From the NCBI GenBank assembly GCA_044338255.1, contig JBIILZ010000001.1, positions 15,769 through 79,768 on the forward strand: 64,000 bases of DNA, given 5' to 3'. Positions 33,260 through 40,528 of the stretch are shown piece after piece. The notes below the pieces were generated by a model. The model was not told the DNA's origin and ran no database searches. It saw only the letters and a program-made list of their open reading frames with translations. The translations under genes were made by a program, and so were the position numbers. Numbering within the stretch: position 1 is the first letter of the stretch; each line of letters begins with the position of its first letter. The stretch is from Planctomycetota bacterium (GTDB taxonomy: Bacteria > Planctomycetota > UBA11346).

Positions 33260-33975
33260 GATTGCAGCTGCGCGTAGACGGCGGCGGTGAAGGCTTCGCC
33301 CTGGCCAAGTTCGGCGGGCGCCCCTTGCCAGGCGATGCGTCCATCGCGGATCAGCAGTAAGCGATCGGCGACCAGTTCAACTTCGCGCAGCACGTGCGTC
33401 GAGAGCAGGATCAGGCGCCCAGGACGGCGTGCGGCGCGTACCGCCTCGATGACCTGCTGCGCGGCGAGCACATCGAGGCCGGTGGTCGGCTCGTCGAGCA
33501 CCAGCAGTGGCGGATCCGCCAACAGCGTGCGCGCGAGGTTGATGCGCTGCAATTGCCCGGTGGAGAGCGTGTCGATGCGCTGATCGAGAAAGGCGCCGAG
33601 GGTGAAGGCGGCGGTCTGCGTGGCGATGCACTGCTCGAGGACGGCGCCGTTCAGGCCGTAGAGCTGGCCGACATAGACCAGCAGCTCGCGGCCGGTGAGG
33701 CGTGGGTACAGGCGCGTGGTGGTCGAAAGGTAGCCCATGCGTCCGCGCACCGCCTCGGCATGAAGTTGGGTATCGAGGCCGTCGACCAGTACGCGTCCGC
33801 GATCGGGCAGCAGGAGCGTGGCGATCAGGCGCAGGAGGGTGCTCTTGCCGGCACCGTTGGCGCCGACCACCGCCACCACGCCCTCGGCGCAGTGGAGATC
33901 GATACCATCGACGGCGCGGACTTCACCGCGCCCCGGATCATAAAAACTTTTGCTGACGTTTTCGATGACCAGCAT
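33256..33975 (-). CDS. ABC transporter ATP-binding protein (NatA-like)
   Basis: Walker A GANGAGKST, signature LSTGQLQRINLAR, Walker B LLVLDEPTTGLD. Start taken at MLVIENVSK; the track ORF extends 39 codons through a (SAGTP)n repeat. Confidence 0.85.
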   Translation of the reverse strand: MLVIENVSKSFYDPGRGEVRAVDGIDLHCAEGVVAVVGANGAGKSTLLRLIATLLLPDRGRVLVDGLDTQLHAEAVRGRMGYLSTTTRLYPRLTGRELLVYVGQLYGLNGAVLEQCIATQTAAFTLGAFLDQRIDTLSTGQLQRINLARTLLADPPLLVLDEPTTGLDVLAAQQVIEAVRAARRPGRLILLSTHVLREVELVADRLLLIRDGRIAWQGAPAELGQGEAFTAAVYAQLQS

Positions 33976-33994
33976 CGGCGTCGACTGTGTGCTT

Positions 33995-34058
33995 GCCGAC
34001 GGCGTGCCTGCCGACGGCGTGCCTGCCGACGGCGTGCCTGCCGATTGCGTACCTGCCG
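33995..34058. repeat. 15-nt tandem repeat x~4 (GCCGACGGCGTGCCT) in the DHOase-like/ABC-ATPase junction
   Basis: On the minus strand it encodes SAGTPSAGTPSAGTP if the upstream ATG (34092) is the ATPase start. Confidence 0.7.
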
Positions 34059-34067
34059 ACAGTGAGC

Positions 34068-35396
34068 TCACAGGCATTCCAGGAAGCGGCATGGCTCGCC
34101 CAGGGCGGTGCCCAGCAGTTGATCATCACGCATGACGATGGCCCCGCGCACGATGGTGGCGATCGGCCAGCCGGTGACGGGCATGTCAGCGAACGGCGTC
34201 CAGCCGACGCGGCAGGCCTGCTGGGCGTTGGTAATGGTGCGCTTGGCCTGGAGATCGACGATCGTGAAATCGGCGTCGTAACCGAGGGCAAGGCGGCCCT
34301 TGTTGGCGAGCCCGAAGACCCGCTGCGGCCCGGCGCTGGTGAGATCGACGAAGCGCTCCAGCGAGAGCCGGCCGGCGGCGACGTGATCGAGCATCACCGG
34401 TACCAGGGTCTGCACCCCGGGCATGCCGGACGGGGTGTTGGGATAGGGTTGGTCCTTCTCGGCGCGGGTGTGCGGCGCGTGGTCGGTGGCGAGAATGTCG
34501 ACGGTACCATTGGCGACCGCCGCCCACAGCGCCGCGCGATGGCGCGCATCGCGCACCGGCGGATTCTGCTGGGCGTAGGTGCCCAGGCGATCATAGCAGT
34601 CGGGCGCGGCGAGGGTCAGGTGATTGACCAGCACCTCGACCGTGGCCACGGTCTTGTGGTGCGCTAAGTAGGCCATCTCGTCGGCGGTGGTGACATGCAG
34701 CACATGGACCCGCTTGCGGTGCTTCTCGGCGAGTTCGACGAGGCGCGTGGTGGCGCGCAGGGCGGTGAGCTCATCGCGCCACACCGGATGCAGGTGCGGC
34801 GTCGGGTTGGGCACGTCGAGGAGGCTGCGGCGCTCGATCAGGCGCGGCTCGTCCTCGCAGTGCACCGCCATGCGCCGGCGGATGTTCGAGACTACGCGCT
34901 CGAGGGTCGCGTCGTCGGCGACCAGCAGGCTGCCAGTCGATGAACCCATGAACACCTTGACTCCCGGGCAGCCTGGCAGGCGCTCCCATTCGCCAAGCTG
35001 TTCGGCGTTCTCTGCGCAGCCGCCAAAGTAGAAGGCATGATCCGTCCACATGCGTTTGTGCGCCCGGCGCAGCTTGTCGGCATGGTCGGCGGGCGTCGTG
35101 GTGCTGGGTTTGGTATTCGGCATTTCGAATAAGGCCACTACGCCACCCAGGGCCGCCGCCGCGCTGCCGGTGGCGAAGTCCTCTTTGTGTTCGAGGCCCG
35201 GTTCGCGGAAATGCACCTGGGTGTCGATGACCCCCGGCAGCACATGCAGGCCACGCGCCTCGAACACCGCCGCATGCGCGGCGTTGGCGAGATCGCCGAT
35301 GGCCTCGATCCGTCCGTCGCGTACGCCGATGTCGCAGACGGTGCGCCCGGCATGATTGACGACGGTGCCGTGGCGGATGAGCAGATCGAAGGTCAT
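34068..35396 (-). CDS. dihydroorotase-like cyclic amidohydrolase (DHOase/allantoinase family)
   Basis: GVIDTQVHFREPG and ILATDHAPH metal-binding motifs; 443 aa from MTFDLLIRHG. Confidence 0.75.
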   Translation of the reverse strand: MTFDLLIRHGTVVNHAGRTVCDIGVRDGRIEAIGDLANAAHAAVFEARGLHVLPGVIDTQVHFREPGLEHKEDFATGSAAAALGGVVALFEMPNTKPSTTTPADHADKLRRAHKRMWTDHAFYFGGCAENAEQLGEWERLPGCPGVKVFMGSSTGSLLVADDATLERVVSNIRRRMAVHCEDEPRLIERRSLLDVPNPTPHLHPVWRDELTALRATTRLVELAEKHRKRVHVLHVTTADEMAYLAHHKTVATVEVLVNHLTLAAPDCYDRLGTYAQQNPPVRDARHRAALWAAVANGTVDILATDHAPHTRAEKDQPYPNTPSGMPGVQTLVPVMLDHVAAGRLSLERFVDLTSAGPQRVFGLANKGRLALGYDADFTIVDLQAKRTITNAQQACRVGWTPFADMPVTGWPIATIVRGAIVMRDDQLLGTALGEPCRFLECL

Positions 35397-35510
35397 GGGC
35401 CGGACGGTAGCGACCCGTTGACGGAAGGGCAATTAACTATCACGGCAGTTAAACTCACGGCTCAGCTCGGCGCTTCCCTTCAATGACCGTCAGCCATCCT
35501 GCCGCGCGCT

Positions 35511-36059
35511 ATGGCTTCACCTCGTCGCATCTTCCGTATCTATGCCCAGGCCGCCATCGACGCCGAGCTCATCCGCGATTTCCAGCAGGCCAAGGGCGAG
35601 GCCGTGTCGGGGACCATCAACTTGCTGTGCAAGCGCGACCCCGCCAAGCTGCTCGCGCGCTGGGGCGAGGAATTGCATGAATTGTGCGGCGTGCTCGATG
35701 GTACGCATGATGATTCCTATCTCATGGAAGCCACCCAGACCTGGTATTGGGCGAGCCTGCACGCGGCAGTTCTGGGCGCGACCTGGGAGAGCCTGCGCTT
35801 CGAGGATCTGCGTCGGCAGGGCGCGACCTGCGGCATCAACTCGGTGCCCGAGCTGCGTACCGCCGTCGATCGCCTGCTCGCCACACCCGACGCCAAACCC
35901 GAGAAGCCGTTCCTGCTGTGGTGCGTGGCCGATCATCTCTACCGTCTGCAGACTCCGGCCGATAAGCAGTGGTCGCTGGAGAACCTCATGGAGGCGGACC
36001 TGCAGGACATGAAGAAGCGGGCGTGGATGGAGCCGTTGTTGAGGATGATCAGCGAATAA
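35511..36059 (+). CDS. hypothetical protein, possibly a HisE/MazG-like all-alpha NTP pyrophosphohydrolase
   Basis: LARWGEELHELCGVLDG...YWASLHAAVLG pattern resembles the HisE/MazG EExxE helix pair; weak call. Confidence 0.4.
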   Translation: MASPRRIFRIYAQAAIDAELIRDFQQAKGEAVSGTINLLCKRDPAKLLARWGEELHELCGVLDGTHDDSYLMEATQTWYWASLHAAVLGATWESLRFEDLRRQGATCGINSVPELRTAVDRLLATPDAKPEKPFLLWCVADHLYRLQTPADKQWSLENLMEADLQDMKKRAWMEPLLRMISE

Positions 36060-36134
36060 GCTGCGGATGATCAGCGAATAAGGTGAGAACGCGGCGGCAG
36101 CGATAAGGCAAATTTGCGGCGATCGCTCGGCGAA

Positions 36135-36563
36135 TTACGTATGCGCCCAAGGATTGACGAGTTGCGCACCGCAATCCGTAAAATCAGCGACATTGCGCGT
36201 GGCGATGCCGAGGCCGCGTACGATTGCGGTCGCGGCGATGAGACCATCGGCCACTGCCAGCGGTCGCCCCATGCGCTGTCGGGCGGCGTGTAATTCTCCC
36301 CAGGCTCGTGCCGTCGGCTCATCGATACCCAAGCAGCGATCACCGAAAGCGGCGCGTTGTCGGGCCAACCAGGCAACCAGGGAGCGTCGGCGGGCGCCCT
36401 CATCGAGGAGGCTGATACCGGCCTGCAGCTCGCCAAAAACAATCACACTGGTCCACATGTGGTGACCAGGTAATTGCTTCAGCCAGCGTTGTGCGTGTCC
36501 ATCCGGCACGGGTTTTCCGGTCTCTGAAATGAGGCAGGTATCGAATATGAATCCGTTCACCAT
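36135..36563 (-). CDS. vapC: PIN-domain ribonuclease toxin VapC
   Basis: IFDTCLISE...VIVFGELQAG...ATRNVADF conserved acidic residues; overlaps vapB by 7 nt. Confidence 0.85.
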   Translation of the reverse strand: MVNGFIFDTCLISETGKPVPDGHAQRWLKQLPGHHMWTSVIVFGELQAGISLLDEGARRRSLVAWLARQRAAFGDRCLGIDEPTARAWGELHAARQRMGRPLAVADGLIAATAIVRGLGIATRNVADFTDCGAQLVNPWAHT

Positions 36564-36826
36564 GGCAGCGGCACGGCCTGCACCGGGTCGATCGGGCGTG
36601 GTTCAAGCTCGGGCGGACCGCCCAGGGACGCCAGCAGGTCATCGCGCAATAAATCCCAGGCGCTGACGGCTCCAGCGCTTGTCTGCGCGGCCATCACCGG
36701 CACCACCAGGGCGATGGGATGTCCATGCCGCGTAATGGTTTGTGGTCCGTCCTGGGTAGCGGCATTGATCACTTCGCTGAAACGGTTCTTCGCCTCTTGC
36801 AGCTGCCAGATGGGGGGATGGCTCAT
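36557..36826 (-). CDS. vapB: Phd/YefM-family antitoxin (VapB)
   Basis: LQEAKNRFSEVINAA...TITRHGHPIALVV; 89 aa, immediately upstream of vapC. Confidence 0.8.
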   Translation of the reverse strand: MSHPPIWQLQEAKNRFSEVINAATQDGPQTITRHGHPIALVVPVMAAQTSAGAVSAWDLLRDDLLASLGGPPELEPRPIDPVQAVPLPW

Positions 36827-37023
36827 GCATTCAGTCTAGATGATCTAGCTAGAATACAATGACGCGTGATCAGCGGCTTTGAAATAATGACGTCTAAAGA
36901 GGTGTTTCTTGAGCTGGCGTGGATCGCGAATAGTCCCCCGAAAATTGAGTTGTTCATGGCGGATCTTCGACGGCAGCCGGCTAAGCACGTTAGCAAACAC
37001 GGGCATACGACGTTTTCTGGCCC

Positions 37024-37121
37024 CTGGTCTCTGGTCTCTGGTCTCTGGTCTCTGGTCTCTGGTCTCTGGTCTCTGGTCACTGGTCGCTGGTCTCTGGTCT
37101 CTGGTCGCTGGTCTCTGGTCC
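37024..37121. repeat. tandem heptanucleotide array (CTGGTCT/CTGGTCG) x14
   Basis: Read directly; preceded by TTCTGGCCCCTGG (37009-37021). Confidence 0.9.
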
Positions 37122-37299
37122 CACGTAGTAGCACAAGGAATTTCGCAGGCGGGTTAGTGGGGCGACTTGGTGCGGCTCCTTGTTCCACCTACCATATCGA
37201 TCGTGCTCGGCGTCAAGGCTACCCGCGCCTTTGGCACGGCGCTGCGTGGCCTTGACTCCTGCGCGCGTTCGATCTGGCAGGTTGCACAAGGAACCTCCC

Positions 37300-37653
37300 A
37301 TGGCGAATTTTCACCGACTCCAGATTTATCATCTCGACCAACAACAACTGCGCGACATCGCGGTGGTTAGCGATGGAGTACGGTTCGGCGATCTCGCCAA
37401 CCAACTTCGCCGTTCAGCGATTTCGGTGGTCAGCAACCTCGTCTAAGGTGCCGGTCGCGGCAGCGATGCCGAATTCATCCGCTTCCTGCGTATCGCTCGT
37501 GCATCCAACGACGAACTGTCGGCACAGATCGAAATGCTCGCGGCCATCATCGGTTGCGACCAGACGCAGCTGCTCACCCGAATCACATCCTGGGTCGTAA
37601 GATCTCCGCGCTGGTCACGGCCCTGCGGCACTGCGGGTGAGCGTGGGGCGAAC
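37300..37653 (+). pseudogene. four-helix-bundle protein (23S rRNA intervening-sequence protein family) with an in-frame nonsense codon
   Basis: AAGGAA SD 8 nt before ATG 37300; MANFHRLQIYHLDQQQLRDIAVVSDGVRFGDLANQLRRSAISVVSNLV* with TAA at 37444-37446 where the family has the Glu of the NIAEG motif. Downstream frame continues GAGRGSDAEFIRFLRIARASNDELSAQIEMLAAIIGCDQ..., matching the family. Confidence 0.5.
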
Positions 37654-37736
37654 GACCAGGGACCAGAGACCAGGGGCCAGAGACCAGAGACCAGCGACCA
37701 GCGACCAGCGACCAGCGACCAGCGACCAGCGACCAG
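37654..37736. repeat. tandem heptanucleotide array (GACCAGA/GACCAGC) x12, the inverted complement of the 37024-37121 array
   Basis: Read directly; followed by TTCTGGCCCCTGGCCCCTGG at 37799-37818. Confidence 0.9.
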
Positions 37737-38104
37737 TCATTTTACGCGACATGGGCAAGATAGCCTTGCGAGGCCGGCAATAGCACGGGCTTTCCGCACT
37801 TTCTGGCCCCTGGCCCCTGGCCTGCCGCGCTGGCATGGTCCGCGGAACCCTGATGTGCTGCGCCGTGCTGCATACATGCCTGAAGGCTAGTTTCACCACA
37901 CAGCAATTGGCCGTGAAAAGATTGGCACGAAACCGATATAAATCAGAGCATTGATTATAATCCCTTATTTTAAAAACAGTTGCAGGTTTCCTTAGGTAAT
38001 TCCACCCGGTGCTACCTAAAGTATCTCAGTGCTGCATCAGTTTGCTGATCTTGCCGGACGAGGGCCGGGTTGCCTAGACTGGGCGCCTTCTGGAGCCCGC
38101 TACT

Positions 38105-39376
38105 ATGAGCCCTGCCCCTGTGACCCCAGCCCCCGCCAATGCCGGCGCCGGTCGCGTCCTGATCCTCTCCACCGTCGCCTTCACCCTGCTCTTCGCGGTG
38201 TGGTTGCAGTTCGGCATGCTCGGTAAGTCGATCGCCAAGGATCTCGCCCTGAGCCAGGCGCAGATGTACTGGGCCGGCTTCACAGCGGTGATGGCCGGCG
38301 CGCTCCTGCGCCTGCCAGCGGGCATCCTCACCGATCGCCTCGGCGGACGGCTGGCGATGACCTTCATCCTGCTCTTCTCGGCCGTGCCCTGCTGGCTGCT
38401 GTCGACGGCCCACAGCTATGTCGAATTGTTGACCTACGCCGTGCTCTTCGGCGTCGCCGGCAACAGCTTCGCCGTCGGCATCGCCTGGAACTCGGCGTGG
38501 TTCAGCAAGCAGAGCCAGGGCGCGGCGCTCGGGACCTTCGGTGCCGGCAATGTTGGGGCCTCGGTGACCAAACTGCTTGGGCCGGCGGTGCTGGCGGCGA
38601 TTCCGGTGGCGGGTCTGTTCGACGGCCTGATCCCCGGCGGCTGGCGGGCGGTGCCGGTGCTCTACAGCGTACTGCTGGTGGTGATGGCGGCGGTGGTGTG
38701 GTTCGTCGCCCCCACGCCGGAGCGCACCCCCGGTGCCGGCCGTGCCCTCAGCGACATGCTCGCGCCGTTGAAGGAAGTCCGCGTGTGGCGTTTCGGCCTG
38801 TACTACGTGGTGGTCTTCGGCGCCTATGTCTCGCTCAGTCTGTGGCTGCCGTCCTACTACATCGACGTCTACGGCGTGACTCCGGCGGTGGCCGGCGTGC
38901 TGACGGCGCTGTTCATCTTCCCCGCGAGTCTGCTGCGCCCCCTGGGCGGCTACCTCTCGGATCGTTTCGGCGCCCGCCCGGTGACCTACCTGGTGTTCAT
39001 CGCCATGGCCCTGCTCTGCGTGCCGTTGGCTCTGCCGCTGGGCATCACGGGTCTCAACGTTCCGTCATTCACCGTGCTGATCGTTGCCGTCGGCGTGTGC
39101 ATGGGCGTCGGCAAGGCGTCGGTCTATCGCTACATCCCCGACTACTTCCCGAAGGACGTAGGCGCCGTCGGCGGCCTGGTGGGCACCCTCGGCGCCCTCG
39201 GCGGGGCCTTCCTGATGCCGCTGTTCGGCGTCGTCGAAAGCAGCCTCGGCATCCGTCAGAGTGCCTTCGTGCTGCTCTTCGGCCTGACCGTGCTCAGCAT
39301 CGCGTGGCTGCACCTGGTGGTGACCTCGCTCAAGCGTAAGGAGGCCTCGGGCGCCTACGCGGCCGTTGCCGTCTGA
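38105..39376 (+). CDS. narK: MFS nitrate/nitrite transporter (NarK/NasA family)
   Basis: 12-TM MFS with the NNP-family signature region VYRYIPDYFPKDVGAVGGLVGTLGALGG; 423 aa. Confidence 0.75.
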   Translation: MSPAPVTPAPANAGAGRVLILSTVAFTLLFAVWLQFGMLGKSIAKDLALSQAQMYWAGFTAVMAGALLRLPAGILTDRLGGRLAMTFILLFSAVPCWLLSTAHSYVELLTYAVLFGVAGNSFAVGIAWNSAWFSKQSQGAALGTFGAGNVGASVTKLLGPAVLAAIPVAGLFDGLIPGGWRAVPVLYSVLLVVMAAVVWFVAPTPERTPGAGRALSDMLAPLKEVRVWRFGLYYVVVFGAYVSLSLWLPSYYIDVYGVTPAVAGVLTALFIFPASLLRPLGGYLSDRFGARPVTYLVFIAMALLCVPLALPLGITGLNVPSFTVLIVAVGVCMGVGKASVYRYIPDYFPKDVGAVGGLVGTLGALGGAFLMPLFGVVESSLGIRQSAFVLLFGLTVLSIAWLHLVVTSLKRKEASGAYAAVAV

Positions 39377-39753
39377 GGCGAGATCGCGGCATCGGTGGCG
39401 CGGATGATCGCCGCTTCATCGGTGAAGCGCTGGCCCTGGCCGAAGTCGAGATAACCGAGGATCACCACCATGCCCAGCCGATCGGCGGCATTGAGTACCC
39501 GCGTCAACCGATCGAAGAACGGCTGACGCAGCGAGCCGTCGGGCGCGAAAGCGGAATTATTCCACGGCTGATCCGCGGAATACCCGGTAGGCGATTCGCC
39601 TTGCAGATTCACCGTCAAGGACAGCAGGCCGGCTTGTCGCCATGAGCTCATCGCGCAGAGGAATTCCCAGGTATTGCGATCGGCGTCCCACGCCCCTCGA
39701 AATGAAGAGATGAGATGGCGCATGGCGTAGGTCTTTGGTTCAGTGGCTAACAA
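39355..39753 (-). CDS. short ORF resembling an N-terminal fragment of a TIM-barrel glycoside hydrolase (possible gene remnant)
   Basis: ...WEFLCAMSSWRQAGLLSLTVNLQGESPTGY...RLGMVVILGY...; only 132 aa; its 3' end overlaps the narK 3' end; weak. Confidence 0.25.
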   Translation of the reverse strand: MLATEPKTYAMRHLISSFRGAWDADRNTWEFLCAMSSWRQAGLLSLTVNLQGESPTGYSADQPWNNSAFAPDGSLRQPFFDRLTRVLNAADRLGMVVILGYLDFGQGQRFTDEAAIIRATDAAISPQTATAA

Positions 39754-39915
39754 TGAATCTTCGTGATCACGGCAGAGGCCTCCATGACCGGAATGGTCCG
39801 CCGCCTATCCGGCTTGGCGCATGAACGACATATCTTGCATCGGAGCTGCCTAGTTGCGTGCGTGTTTGCTGAACTCATGAGGAAAAGCCGAAGGAGTGAT
39901 TGCAGGTCGGAAAAG

Positions 39916-40284
39916 ATGATTACCAACTCCATTATGCGCTTTCTCCTTCTGTTTGTTTCCTCTGCCTCTTTGGCCATGGCCGAGGACGCAAACATCTATA
40001 CCTCTCAAGTCGTGCCACTATTGACGACTCACTGCTATGAGTGCCATGGCCCGAAGAAGGCGAAGCACGACCTGCGTCTCGATTCGCTCGAAGGCATCCT
40101 CAAAGGCGGCAAAGAACTCGGCCCGGCAATCATCGTCGGTAAACCTGAGGAGAGCCCAATGATCAAGCTGATCAAGCTCCCCAAGGGCGAGGACGATTCC
40201 ATGCCGCCTAAAGGCCCGCGACTTACCGAAGCGGAAATCGTCATCCTCAGCAAGTGGATCGCTGACGGGGCGAAGGCCAAATAA
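39916..40284 (+). CDS. standalone Planctomycete-type cytochrome c (PSCyt1) domain protein, secreted
   Basis: Signal peptide MITNSIMRFLLLFVSSASLAMA then CYECHGPKKAKHDLRLDS...GPAIIVGKPEESPMIKLI...MPPKGPRLTEAEIVILSKWIADGAK. Visibly lower GC than flanking genes. Start chosen at the Met preceding the signal peptide. Confidence 0.75.
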   Translation: MITNSIMRFLLLFVSSASLAMAEDANIYTSQVVPLLTTHCYECHGPKKAKHDLRLDSLEGILKGGKELGPAIIVGKPEESPMIKLIKLPKGEDDSMPPKGPRLTEAEIVILSKWIADGAKAK

Positions 40285-40384
40285 GCACGTCGCCCGCTGC
40301 GCTTCGCGGCCGGCGCTGTCGGCGAAGCTTTCCGCATATCGATCCCCAGAATATATCAGAGGGGGTCAGCTGCGCGTTACCACG

Positions 40385-40441
40385 ACTCCTGCCGCAGCGG
40401 TTTCCCGCCGGATAACCGCTGCGGCAGGAGTTTCGTTTTTT
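40385..40441 (+). terminator. strong intrinsic terminator
   Basis: 18-bp perfect stem ACTCCTGCCGCAGCGGTT...AACCGCTGCGGCAGGAGT followed by TTCGTTTTTTG. Confidence 0.7.
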
Positions 40442-40528
40442 GTCGTGGCGGCGTGTCCTTGGGGAGTCCCGAGCACAGGTGTCACGGCATTTTGCCGGGC
40501 ATGGCGGCAGGCGGTTGAGGGATAGGCT

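Noticed and set aside
37024-37736. Heptamer arrays as a CRISPR array
   Set aside because: The units are 7 nt and contiguous with no unique spacers, and the two arrays are mutually inverted. This is not CRISPR architecture.
38105-39376. 497..39339 + strand 280-aa ORF inside narK (38497..39339)
   Set aside because: Alternative frame of the MFS gene with Arg/Gly-rich artefactual composition.
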